From contig NC_042997.1 of the NCBI RefSeq assembly GCF_006345805.1, positions 83,390,001-83,454,000 of the forward strand: a DNA stretch of 64,000 nt, written 5' to 3'. This DNA is from Octopus sinensis (lineage: Eukaryota). The notes under the pieces were generated by a model. The model ran no database searches. It was not told the origin of the DNA and saw only the letters and a list, made by a program, of their open reading frames with translations. Below are positions 27,727 to 41,308 of the stretch, one piece after another. Every line of letters begins with the position of its first letter. Position 1 is the stretch's first letter. The position numbers were made by a program, and so were the translations under genes.

Positions 27727-29033
27727 TGCTCAACTGCTCAACCACTCAAATGTGGAAGTCATATATCTCGACTTCGCAAAGGCCTTCGATAAAGTCGATC
27801 ATGGAATGATATGTCACAAACTGCGTGATCTTGGCATAGTTGGAAAACTAGGAGAATGGCTTCACGACTTTCTGAAAAATAGAAGTCAGGTGGTAGTAGC
27901 CAATGGGGCCACTTCCATTAGCACGCAAATAGTGAGCGGTGTTCCACAGGGCACTGTTTTGGGACCACTACTGTTCATAATGGCCCTCTCAGACATGCCC
28001 TCAGCCACGCGGAGAGCCACGATCACAAGTTATGCAGATGATACAAAAGTTTCACAGGTAATACAGAACCCTGAAGACACTAGGCACCTGCAATATGAGC
28101 TGGACGAAATTTACAAGTGGGCTGAAAAGAATAGCATGCAGTTCAATGCTGAAAAGTTTCAAGCTTTATACTATCAGCATGCAAAACTGAATGCAATACC
28201 CAAGGAATACACTGGACCCGGAGGGATTGCAATCCCAGAGGCACAATCAGTGCGTGACCTGGGTATTCACATGAGTGATGACGCGACCTTTCATGTACAT
28301 GTTGCTAAACTGACAGTGAAATGCAGACGCCTGGCTGGATGGATTCTTAGAACCTTTAGAACAAGAGAACAGGAAACCATGATGGTCCTCTGGAAGACAC
28401 TTGTCCTAAGTCACTTTGACTATTGCTCTCAGCTATGGTCACCATCCAGTGTCAAGTTGATCACAGAACTTGAGGCGATCCAACGAAGCTACACGAAGAA
28501 GATAGCCTCTATGCAGAATGTAAGCTACTGGGAAAGACTCAAGAGATTAAAATTATATTCCCTGGAGCGTAGGCGGGAAAGATATGCCATAATATACATC
28601 TGGAAGATCCTGGAGGGAAGCGTCCTGAACTTTGGCATCGAGAGTTACGCAAACGCCAGAACTGGGCGCCACTGCGTGGTGCCTAGGACTCCAAACTTGC
28701 CATCAAGATGTAGGACAAGATTCTGTGATAGCCTAGGCTTCCGAGGCCCACAGCTCTTCAATATCCTCCCGATGAACCTGAGAGACCTGCATGGGGTGGA
28801 TGCAGATGTCTTTAAAATGGAGCTGGATCTCTTCCTGTCAGGTGTCCCAGATGAACCAACTTCACGGCAGGAGGGGCAGATGAGGGCAGCTGCATCGAAC
28901 TCTCTCATGCACCAAATAGCAGTTGCTAGAAAGCCTCCATGAAGTGAAACCAAGTAGCAACACCAAATGGCGGTGCCCCAGCATGGCCACAGCTCATGAG
29001 CTGAAACTGGAATCAATCAATCAATCAATCAAT
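27727..29033 (+). mobile_element. 5'-truncated CR1-group LINE (RT C-terminal half, intact frame, 3' UTR and (AATC)n tail)
   Basis: ORF with LDFAKAFDKVDH, GVPQGTVLGPLLF and YADD motifs, uninterrupted to the stop at 28942. Tail (aatc)n. Candidate TSD caaag at 27722-27726 and 29034-29038. Confidence 0.93.
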
Positions 29034-29156
29034 CAAAGGGCCCAGCAGTGTTTGAAGGGACGGGGAAGTTGATTACATTGACTCCAGTATTTGGCTGGAA
29101 CTTATTTTATCGATCCTGAAAGTTAACCTTGGTAGAATTTCATCCAGCTTGCTGCC

Positions 29157-29192
<36 letters not shown>

Positions 29193-29645
29193 GTAATGGT
29201 TTCAGATTTTGGTACAAGGCTAGCAATTTCAGGGAAAAGGATAAGTCAATTACATCAACCCGAGTGCACAACTGGTACTTATTTTATCAACCCCAAAAGA
29301 GTGAAAGGCAAAGTCGACTTCAGCAGAATTTGAACTGAGAACAAGATGACAGATAAAATGCCAGAGCATTTTGCCCAGCATGCTAACAATTCTGCCAGCT
29401 CAACATCTTCTTGATGATAATAACAATAATAATAATTTCTACTAAAGGCACAAGGCCTGGAATTTGGGGGGAGGGGTTAAGTTGATTACATTTACCCCAG
29501 TACTCAACTGGTACTTAATTTATTGACCCCAAAAAGATGAAAGGCAAAGTTGACTCCCAACAGGATTTGAACTCAGAGCATAAGGATGGATGAAATGCTA
29601 AGCATTTTGCCTGGTGTGCTAATGATTCTGCCAGCTTGCTGTCTT
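29034..29645 (-). mobile_element. Three tandem SINE family B copies separated by (AAT)n; the first is split by the LINE (its left part is 27706-27726)
   Basis: Repeats start near 29034, 29196 and 29440. Confidence 0.8.
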
Positions 29646-29949
29646 AATAATAATAATGATGATGATGACAACAATGGTGATGATGGTCACTCCAATCGAT
29701 TTTGATCTATGAGTGTTTGAAGAAAAGGATTGAAAGCAAGAAAGAAAAAGAAGAATGAAAATAAAAGAAGCTTTTGGACAAATTTGTCTTCTTTAATATG
29801 ACACATTTTACCCTACACAGATTGGCCTAAGCAATAACTTTCCCAAGATGTCAAATTAAGCTGTACAGATTTTAATGATTGCTTCAACTTAGCCTTATAC
29901 CTAAGGATGGATCTTCTTTTACTGTAGTATCTCTTTGCTTGTTGGCCAT

Positions 29950-31010
29950 ACAAAAGAATTTTCAGAATGCGATCATCTTTCATTCAAACATATCCAACCC
30001 ATTTGCACTAAATTCCTAACAGGATACTTTTGATACTGGAGAGAGCACATTTTTCTAAAATGTTGACATTTGATATCTTGCCATTTTATGTTGCAGCTAT
30101 TGCACACACAGTACATGTGCAAAGTTTCATAAGGAATCCATGCTTCTACTCTGTATAAAAGTGTGCTCAAAATACAAGATTTGTATACACTTATTTTAAG
30201 TGATACCATATTCATCCCACAAATGGTGAGAAAGTTTTCCAAAAGCACTTGTAATGCTAGATATCTAACATATTTCGTCATCAAAAGTGCTCTTAAAGTT
30301 TACTGTACTTCCAAGATATTTAAATGATATTATGCATTTAAGCAGCTTATTGTCAATCGTCATATCTAAATCTTGAGAATGTTCTGTTCTAAGCTTTGGT
30401 TGGAATAAAACTACAGTTTTCTTGATGCTGATAGTCAGCCTAAATGTACAAGCTGCTGCAGCAAACTTGTCAATTGTGTCCTGAATTTCTTCAAATGTAT
30501 GAGAAATAAAAGGGCAATCATCAACCAACACAAAATCATGTAAAATCTCTTCCTTGGTCTTTTTCTTTGATTTGAAGCTTTGTCCATTTAGGTTTAGTGG
30601 ACGTCCTTCTGTGTGAAACTGGAATTTTACACCTTCGTGGTAATCCATAAAAGTATGTTGGGAGTATCATCAAAAAGAATATGGAAAAAAGTACAGAACT
30701 GAAACACAGTCCTGTTTAGCTGAGTGGCAACAGAAAATGCTTCTAAATATTGACAGTTAGATGCCACTGTTTCCATCATTCCTTCAGACAAAGATACCAT
30801 TAACCTTAACATTTTATCAGGAAGACCAGCTTTTGACAAAATTTTCCAGAGCACCTCACAATTCACTGTATCAAAGGCCTGGGTCAGCATTTTGCTCACA
30901 TACTTTTTCTTGAATTTGTCAAAGGGTAAAAATCATGCCAACTGTGACAGCAAAGGTAGAATCTACAGGAAAAAAGTATCAATCACATTTTGTGAGAGTG
31001 CAGTATGCTA
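29950..31010 (-). mobile_element. Degraded RTE-clade LINE reverse transcriptase remnant
   Basis: Frameshifted segments AFDTVNCEVLWKILSKAGLPDK, LVDDC (decayed YADD), LTISIKKTVVLFQP, FKYLGS. Confidence 0.85.
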
Positions 31011-31164
31011 GCACAAACAGAGTACAAGTGCAGGCATGAATGTGTAGGCGGAAGTGTGCATTGGAATGTTAGTCAAGTATGTGGTTTCAAAGCAACAGTA
31101 AAAAGGCACAAACATGAACCAGAGGCTGTGATAGAAAATGAGAATTACAAGAGCTTGTAAGACT

Positions 31165-31470
31165 TCACCATAAGGTCTGGGGTAAGAAGACCAGACATGA
31201 TTACAGTGGACAAAATAAACAGAGTAAGATCATAGATTTTGCAATTCCCTATGATAGCAGAGTCAATATCAGAGAAATTTTTTGTAAAATGATAAATACC
31301 AGGATCTAACCAGGGTGTGGAAGACTAAGAAAACAATTATTCCTGTAGTTAATTGGTGCATTTGACATGACACCCAAAATGCTACCAGGACTGAAAGAAA
31401 TTGGAATTGAAACTAGCACTGTTGGCCTGCAGAAAAGTACCATCTTATATTCTGCAAGAATATAGGATTA
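31165..31470 (+). mobile_element. R4/Dong/R2-type non-LTR remnant (restriction-like endonuclease end)
   Basis: Translated pieces RRPDMITVDK, IIDFAIPYDSRVNIRE, IPVV.GA, LQKSTILYSARI fit the PD..D RLE C-terminus. Confidence 0.7.
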
Positions 31471-33567
31471 CCACCTTAGATTCTGCAAGGATATAGTGAT
31501 TACACTGACCCCTGTTTTCTTGACCAGTACTATATTTTTTGACTCTGTAAAGATGAAAGGCAGAGTTGACTTCAGCAGGGTTTGAATTCAAAACATATGG
31601 AGCTAGAAAAATTTCACAAGTCAGTTTGTCTGATGCTCTGATGAACCAACCAATAGTTTCTAATTTAAGCACAATGTCAAAAATTTTGAGGAGAGTGATT
31701 TAGTCGATTATATTGATTCTCCCACACCAGGCTTAGCAAGTATGGATAGTCCTGATTATTAAATATGAAAGAAATCCAAAAGGTCCAAATCAGATTTAAA
31801 ATGTAAACATACACTCACTCCAATGATATTAACCCCAGAGGGATGAAAAGCAAAGTTGATCTTAATGGGATTTCAGCAGAGAACATAAAAATTGGGAACA
31901 ACTACCACAGGGCATTTTCTCTGATGATCTAATGATTCTGCTAATCTCAATCTACTATTTTTAGTCATCATCATCATCATTTTAATGTTCACTTTTCCAT
32001 GCTTGATTGGGTTGGGCAGAATTTAGTGAGGCACATTTTCTACAGCTGAATGCCCTTTTTGTTGCCAACCCTTATCTGTTTACAAGCAAGATAATATATC
32101 CCCATGACTAGACATGTTCTTACAGAATTTTGGAAATTAATGACACTGCTTGTATGACAGTGAAAATCAATAACAACTACTACATATCAAGACAAGGAAA
32201 CACAATCACCCATATGCATATATATGAGTATTTATATGTGTGTGTATGCATATACACACACATACACATCTCATATACAGAATAACTTGCCCCAAATGCA
32301 AAGAAAATTATATTGGCAAAACCAACAATTCCCTTTTCCAATGTGCAAGAATCTCAAAGCAATGATTAAAATGAAATTGATGTCATGGATTGTCATTAAC
32401 TTCAAGAAGCTATATGAATACAATACAATTTAATAGAAGCCCCTTTCTCTTTCATTCTTGTCCTTCCTGTTGTTCTTCCTCCATTTTTTTTCCTTTCTAC
32501 TCCTCTTCTTGTTATTCTTTCCTCTGACCAAGCCTGACAACTTGAAATGACATTACCTTCAAACACCTGTGAGACTACTGATCATTAAAAATACAATAAA
32601 AGCCATCTCAGATAAAAAAAACAAAACTTGTCTCTCTTTCTTTTCACTTTTCTCACACACACACACACATTCACATACCTCCCTTTTACATACACACACA
32701 AACTTACACAGATTTGAAACACTGTTTGATTTATCTTTTTCACCAAACAGTTTCCATCATCCCACTACAAAATTTGCCATCACTCCTTACTTTCTCCTAC
32801 ATATGTTGTGACAGAGAAAACCAATAGTATTATTATAGTAGATAAGGTACAAAACCAAGTTTTTAGTTCAATAATTCTTTTACTACCAAACTTGTGAAAA
32901 ATCTATCGGCAACTAACATCCTTTGATAGCTTGTTTCCTTCAAAAGAATTTTAAAGTTTTCCTTCCTTCTTGTCAGACAAAGCCACATAAAGCTGGCTGT
33001 GACTAAATACAAGAGCTGGTAAGTAAATACCACATACACAGAGTTGAAACGCTGTTTGATTTTTCTTTTCAGTGTTGAATGTTAACCATCCCACTTCCAT
33101 TGCATGCACACACACCCTTTTACATACACACACACATATTCACACAGAGTTGAAACGCTGTTTGATTTATTTTTTCAGCGTACAATTTTCATCATCCTAT
33201 TACCAAGTATGACATCACCCCTTCCTTCCTTATAACCCCTTCCTTTCTCATTCATAAACACAAGAGTATTATTATAGTACATTATCTCGGTAACCATGAG
33301 AACTATAGAAAAAAAAATACAAAGCCCAGCAACACCACTGGATCATTCTACACATTTGTGTAATTTTTCGCACAATTCCACCCAGCCGTTTGTCCATGAA
33401 TCCCAAGACAAGAAAATATACAAGAAAGAATCTCCCATGTCAAATTTATATGCATAGAAAATACATACATATATATTTATTTATCATCATCATCATCATC
33501 ATCATTTAACGTCCGCTTTCCATGCTAGCATGATACTTACATATAAGAGAACAAAGTGTACATACAC

Positions 33568-33605
<38 letters not shown>

Positions 33606-34097
33606 GCAAAACATCCAGACAACTAGGTGATACAAAAAGGGACAACAAAACATCCAGATAGTTGATACAAAAAAACAAAGACGGGTCATTCCTAGCTTTC
33701 TATCCTCAGTCGAGAACCAGATCATCCTCGCAATTTCAGCTGATTAATCTTGAGATTGCTCCAATCTGGCCAGACACCAATACGGTGCCATTATATATAT
33801 ATATATATATATATATATAATGGCACCGTATTGGTGTCATGTAAAAGCATCCAGTCCACACTGTGAAGAGGTGGCATTAGGAAGAGTATTCAGCCATTAA
33901 AACTATGGTGCCATGCAAAAGCACTCAGTCTACACTATAAAGTGGTGGCGTTAGGAAGGGTATTCAGCCACAAAAACCATGCCAAACCAGACAGGTGCTG
34001 GATGTAGGCCTGGTTTGTTGACCCCTGTCAAACCGTCCAACCATGCCAGCATGAAAAACGGACGTTAAATGATGATGATGACGATGATACATATCAT

Positions 34098-34256
34098 CAG
34101 GTGAAGGCATGGCTGTGTAGTAAGAAGTTTGCTTCCCAACCACATGGTTCCTGATTCAGTCCCACAGTGTAACACTTTGGGAAAGTGTCTTCTAAAGCCT
34201 TTGGCTGACCAAAGCCTTGTGAGTGGATTTGGTAAATGGAAACTGAAAGAAGCTGG
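34098..34256 (+). mobile_element. SINE family A, head half
   Basis: ggcatggctgtgtagtaagaagtttgcttcccaaccacatgg...gaaactgaaagaagc. Confidence 0.8.
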
Positions 34257-36230
34257 TCAAACATTATATATATGTGTGTATGTATGTCTTTGTGTCCATT
34301 TGTCCTCAATAGCTTTTAAAGTTTGCAAATTTTGGGTAATTTTAGCCAATCCAAAGCCACAGACATATAGGTACCTGTTTCCACAGTAAAAAGCCAAGCT
34401 ATTACAGAGCTGCTTACCCACATGATCATTTTTCATTTATTAAATGCTTAAAATATATGAGGTATGAGGTGGTCTTGAGATGTGCAGAAAATAACAGTTA
34501 ATAGGCTTTAAATCATAGACTAAAATTTTCTTTATGATCGCATGAATTCCTGTGTCTAGAATACAAATTCACAAAAATTTTCTGAAATTTCCAAAAAATT
34601 AAAAAGTTATGAGGGGTTATATGGCATGCGTAAAGTAGAATTCCACAAATATTGCATTTGTATATAACTGGCAACACATGCAGTCATGCACAAAGCAACA
34701 GCTTCCAAATCTTGTTTTCTGACAGGGTAAAAACGATCAAACTTTGAACCTCTGTAACTTCTTTTTAAAATTTTTCTGGAAAAAGTGAATTAGCCCATGA
34801 GATTCAGCGTGAAAAATTACATCAATACATAAAATTTTAAAATTTTCACTAAACTCTGAAATTTCTACAGGTGCAGCCATACAGGTGCATTTCCCAATGC
34901 ACCTTTGACCACCAACCCAGAGTTACAATGAACAAAGCAAAAACACTTACCAAAACATCTAAAAAGTCCAGTGAAACCTTAGTTTCAGAATTCAGCAACC
35001 AACATAATACATACTCTCAAGAAATAATTGAATCATTAAAAAAATCCTACACAGTAACAAGAACAACCCCAGTTATACATAAGAAAATAGCCAAGGGACA
35101 ACTTTAAACACTGCCCATAACAGAAATAAAACTTAGCTTCAAGTAACTATACCCAGATATAGCAAATAAAATACACAATAGTAAAAAAAAAAATAGAAAG
35201 CTGTCAATCATTTCTGTCCAATAAAAACTACAAAAACAAACAGCAAAACACAAGATGGAGTAATTAGTAGCAGCCACTCCATAATACCAGCCTCAAATAA
35301 CAAACCAACAACTCTAACACTCAAAAAAATTACATAAAGAAGACTGGAACACCAAATAAAAAGTGCACACTTACTACCAGTATCATGATTTTATCCCATT
35401 CCTTCCATCAGATGCACAACATTATAAATGATATCTAAAATATCAAAATCCCTTGGGTTTGGCAAAAATACATATACCAAAAGAGAAAGATTGGGTGTGA
35501 AGGAATCAATACAACTAATCATACCAACAATATAAAATTCCAGAATCTGAAACTAGGCAGAAGTCTAACAATACCTTGAGTGAAGTAGAATCACCCTCCT
35601 ATACATCCCCGGCAAAAACTCAAGAAAACTCTTTGACATTGCTGAAACACATCCTTTCTCTAAATCACAATACTGATTCAAACTACTCCTCATACATAAA
35701 CCAAAGATACATAGAAGCTTCACCAAGCAAAAAGTCCCAACACACACCATTTTAATTATAAGTGGCATCAGCAGAGCTTTTGACTTGATCGCCTGCTATC
35801 CACTTGTACAGAAAAATACTTAACACCTCCTTAAGAAACAACATAAAACACTGGCTAGCTAAACTACCTGTCAAACTGCCAGGAGTGCTTAATGTATAAA
35901 AACAACACTTTCAGAACTTGCAAATTTCCACCCTCTCCTGTATAGAGTATTACAAAAATTCATCCCCTCATCTAATTTTTTAAACCTATGCCTACACAAC
36001 CTTAAATATATACACACAACCTTAAACAGATGACAATACACTCACATCCCGCAACCCCACTATTCTCCAAGCACAACTACCCCTTTACTCCAATCCTAGA
36101 CCAATCACCTAAGAGCTTGGCTCCATTACAAAAGACTTACAGTAGCAGCTACTAAATCAAATTTCTTTTTAATAAAATCTAAAAACATCAAATAATAGAA
36201 CTGACCATTCACACTCAGCCACATACACAT

Positions 36231-36310
<80 letters not shown>

Positions 36311-39300
36311 AGTACAGAAAGCAAAATGATGCACTAACATACAGTGTATGATATTTAGTCAACTGAAAGAAATTAAACTGTATATTTAACCAACATAAAA
36401 GAACAACAGTGGTTTACAGATAAAGGTCTATTTTTCCCATGGAGGATGCCAGTCCTGCTTGAGACCCAATCTCATCACAAAGAAAAACACAATAATTTGC
36501 AAAGTACATAAAAATAGCATACTACACATCAACACAGACCACACCTTACTCCACATATAAAACAAAACATACTAAAAATGAAAAGCCAACTGGATATGCA
36601 AGGATTAGTGTGTCCATCCCACCTCACCAAACTTCAACACTCACAGACATTGCTACTACATTACAAAAAAAAAAAGAAAAGTCACTGAAAACACCCATAC
36701 AAACAACACCTCTGAACACTACTAGAAGAGTATAGTAAAAATACTATCTCTAACAGTCAACCCAAACAAACATAAAAAACACAAACATTGATGCACCAAT
36801 AGCCTCATTAGCCACAGTTATTCAGGGATGCAAATCTCTATTACTATCACTACTTCCCAAACCTAATTCAAATGCAACACACAAATCTCTCTTCCTTGAA
36901 ATAAAACTTGAACTCAAAATGTTGACCCTTTTCTATTCATCACAATAACTACATTTATTTAAATCCACACACTTCCATTTAAAGCTGACTATTGCAGAGT
37001 CTCGTTAGTTTTTTTTCAGTTTATGGGTTTTACAATTAAAAGTATTGCATATCAGTAACTCAAACACTCAGGCAAAATTTACTATACTTTGCTGTGGCCA
37101 CCACCAAAATCTGTTAGGATACAGAAACAGACTTGGGACAGTGGAGAGAATGCATGTCTCTAGTGTAGCAGTGCACCTCATATGATTCATTACTGCATGT
37201 CAGAGCATGCAGTATAGTCATCAGCTAGGTGAAAGCCTCATATACATCATATAACTGAACAACAAATCTCTAAGTCATATTTTACCATTCAGCTGTCAAC
37301 CTGCGTGCCACAGACTGCTTGATCAAACTGACTTGGGGCTACTCAAAAACAATCAATAAAACCAGACAGGAATTCTATTATATAGAATAATTCTATTCTC
37401 TCTCTCTCTCTCTCTATCTGTGTGTGTGTGTGTGTGTGTGTGAGTGTGTGTGTATGGGGGGGATGCATGGTTGAATATTTGTTTGGTTTTATGTTCAGTT
37501 ATGATAAAAACAATTTTACATTAATCAGAAGGGTTATTCTATATTTTTGTACTTTTGCATAATCAGTTTTCTGTTTTTTTTCACATTTTCCACTTATTTA
37601 GACCTTCATTATCTACCATAATTAAAATCTAAACATTTTTTTTTATCCCTACAAATGATTTTTGAACATGAAACAAAAATGTCCCAATAGTATTCTAATG
37701 AACAAATACTTGGGACAACCCTATCCCAACAGTATTTCACATGCACATTGAGCAAGTTTGGAAAATTACGGAAATAAAAATGAAATAAATCTTACACTTT
37801 ATTTCAAATGCAAAGTGAAGCTATAATTGTTTTCTCATATATTTATAATGAATTACAATTATTTTTTGAAATAACACTTATAAAATAATATATATATAAT
37901 GACCCCTTCCAAATACTTACGAAATAATAAACTTCTTTCCTTATTATTAAGTAATTATATAGTTTTTTTCTCTTATATCATATTAACTAACTTTTCTCAA
38001 ATAATATTTACAAGAACAAGCATGATTTATAAATACATGCTATGTGTGATATACTGTAAAACATTCATCAATGCATAAGGAATGTTGCATTTCCACACAT
38101 ATATATATCCAACTTAACATAGATGCCTCGTTAGAAAACCCAAATACTGCGTTATTACCCTTGAGAGGCTTTCTCATTTAGGCACTTGGTGTGTAAATAC
38201 ATGCACATATTGTAGATAATGAAATTCACCTGCTGCAATCTATGTGTGTGCTTTTATGCACCAAGCACATAAATGAGAGGATCTCTCAAGGCCAACAACA
38301 CAGTATTCAGTGTTCTAACAAGACATCCTTATTAAGTTGGATATAAAGATTACTTTTTGGTATTTATACTTCTTCTGTCACTAATGATCAATTTTTATTA
38401 AGCCTGCAAGTGATTTGCATCATCAGTGTCTGAAAAATTGCTGAAATTTTATATATCATAGCAGCAAGAGGTGACTGGTGCTTCCTACTGAGGAAGTCCA
38501 ACAGACAGGAATCTCATGATAACAGGAATTCCAGTGCTGATGACAGATGAATTCCTTCTGCTATGATCTATGTGTGTGCTTTTATGCACCAAGCGCCTAA
38601 ATGAAAGAATCTCTCAAGATTCATAATGCAGTATGTGGTGTTCTAACAAGGCAGCCATATTAAGTTGGATATAAAGATTACCATTTGGTGTTAATACTGC
38701 TTCTGTCATTAATACTGTGAGTGTGTGTGTGTGCGTATATATATATATAGAGAGAGAGAGAAAGAGAGAGATGTCATCATGATCACTTTAACATTCACTT
38801 TTCCTTGCTTGCATTGGTCAGATGGACTTTATTGAGAGTAGTGACTCCTGAATCCCAATAGTTGTACAAAGTATGTACTCTAGTGTTGTTGCTTATCCCC
38901 ACTTTCTTTCTAAAAAAGTAGATGTATAAAAAAAGGCACTGAAACTGGGGCTGTCTTGCCTTTATTTTAGATAGTGTGCAACTTAGACATTATACAATGT
39001 CCCTTTTAAGACAGTATGTTGTGTGTCAAAGTAGACTGCTATTTCTATCAGGTCAATCAGACCACGTAGAAGCTCAGTCATTGACTGTTATAATGTTCAT
39101 GCTGTTAAACCTCAGAAAAGCAAGTCTGCAGAAGATGAAGTTCCTCTAAAACTATCTTTTCTTTGAATTCACAACATGAACATAGAATCATTAAGGGTTA
39201 TAGAAAGTTTTCAAACATGCCAAAAGAGAAGATTTCATAACAGTTTCATTTTCTTGTCATGCACATTAAGTAATTGCAATGAAATAGAGTCAAATTTGTA

Positions 39301-39479
39301 TGAAGTAGCTCTGAATGTAATGAAGATATCCCCAAAAAAACTAAACCTTGCAACTCTGTCTTAACCATACCTACAATCCTGACATAAATTTGAAGTAAGT
39401 TGTAACTTGTCTTTTGATTGTAATTAGAAGAATTGTATGAAAAAATTCTGATAAAGATGTAAAACAAAAATATACTTAC

Positions 39480-39607
39480 CCAAACAAAAATATTGCTACA
39501 ATGAATATTATGTAAAATCCCCTAAGAATTCCGAGAGTACCGAATGTACCTAGGAACAAGGACAAAGCAAGGATCATCCACGAATAGGATCCATCCACCC
39601 AGGGCAT
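39480..39607 (-). CDS. SNX13: Sorting nexin 13, first coding exon (MPWVDGSYSWMILALSLFLGTFGTLGILRGFYIIFIVAIFLFG), TM region
   Basis: Acceptor ttttttcttctcatgttttcag|ATG; donor GG|gtaagt. 128 nt, open frame, ends phase 2. Resembles the vertebrate SNX13 N-terminus (W..L...LFL.TFG). Confidence 0.9.
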
Positions 39608-39702
39608 CTGAAAACATGAGAAGAAAAAACAAATACAGAATTAAAATTCAGACTTTAAATGTAAAATATAAAAATCACAATTTTAAGCCATTAACATCAA
39701 TA

Positions 39703-39912
39703 TTGGTTTCAAATTTTGGCACAAGTCCAGCAATTTTCGGAAAAGGCTTAAGTTGATTATGTCATCCCCAGTGTTCAACTGGTATTTATTTTATCAATTC
39801 TGAAAGGATGAAAGACAAAGCTGACCTTGACAGGATTTGAGCTCAGAACATAAAGACGGATGAAATGCTGCTAAGCATTTTGTCTAGAGTTTTAATGATT
39901 CTGCCAGCTCAC
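39703..39912 (-). mobile_element. SINE family B, about 95 nt upstream of the first SNX13 coding exon
   Basis: tggtttcaaattttggcacaag...gattctgccagctc. Confidence 0.8.
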
Positions 39913-40907
39913 CATTCTACATTAATATCATATTACTAATGGTATTAGATTTATTGATGAATTTAACATAAAGATTAAGTATTGTTTTATTTAATCCCAG
40001 ATTAAGCAGACCTTTGATCAAGTGCAGTCTTACCATAAACATCTTTGATCATAGATCCTACATCTCTTTTGTCTTATCTTTAATTTTTCGGACATATCTA
40101 CAACTACATCATCTAATGTTTCCACTACTTTGCCAAGGTTGTAGGGTGTTATTTCTAGCAGCAGGAACAATCAGGAAGATTGACACTGCTAGCTTACAAT
40201 TTTCTTTACATAATAGAAAAAAAATTATCAAAACACTTTGTTTGTACCATAGTTACTCCAAAGTAAGAAAGCTTTGGCAGGCAGGAACAGGTTTTAGTTG
40301 CCAGATGTAACACAATGTAAATCATTAGTGTTACAATGATGATAATAATTTATATAAAATGACACTAAAAAATGCTTAGAGGGAAATGTTTCTGCTATTA
40401 AAGTGTGTTAACAAGGTTAGGTATGGTTAAGTAAGCAACAACATAGTGAAAGCAGAGAGAAAGAGGGAGTCTACATGCACGCACGCATGCATGCATGTAA
40501 ACGTGCACAGACACACGTATAAACAAATCTAGATCTGCATAAAGAAAATCTGTCAATGCTGCATACAACACTTGGTGAAGTATGTATATGTGAAGAAATA
40601 AATTTCTGCTTCCATGAAAAAAAAAAAAAGACATCTTTCACATGTACATGTGCACACCACTGCTGACTGGAGAAATAAAGAGAAAGAGAAATAACATAAC
40701 CTGGAAAACTTGTCAAAACTACAATGGGTACAAAGTTCTCAACTACATTGTCATGAAACACTAGAAAGCTATACTTTGTGTAGTATATTGGTTGATAAAA
40801 AGCAATGATCTTTAGTTTCTAGATTTTACAAGGATTTTATTATTTTGATTTATTTATTTTTAATGGAATGGTTCTGAAAGTATTTGTTACAGCAATGGAT
40901 AGAATAG

Positions 40908-41308
40908 ATGAGGCATGGTTGTGTGGAAAGAAGCTTGCTTCCCAACCACATGATTCCGGGTTCAGTCCCACTGTGTGGCACCTGAGGAAAGTGTCTTTTA
41001 CTATAACCTCAGCCAGACCAAAGCTTTGTGAGTGGATTTGGTAGATGGAAACTGAAAGAAGCCCATGATGTGTGTGTGTTTGTTCCCCCACTACTGCTTG
41101 ACAACTGGTGTTGCCTTCACCACTGCTTGACAACTGGTATTTCATTCATGCAACTTAGCAATTAGACAAAAGAGACCAATAGAATAAATACCAGACTTAA
41201 AAAAGGAAAAAAAAAAACTGGGGTCAATTCATTTGACGAAAAATTCTTCAATATGGTGCCCCAGCATGACTGCGGTCTAATGACTGAGACAAGTAAAAGA
41301 ATAAAAGA
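40908..41308 (+). mobile_element. SINE family A, full length
   Basis: Head, internal (TG)n, and tail ggtgccccagcatgactgcggtctaatgactgagacaagtaaaag. Confidence 0.85.

Noticed and set aside
28645-29016. 123-aa minus-strand ORF
   Set aside because: Antisense shadow of the LINE RT frame.
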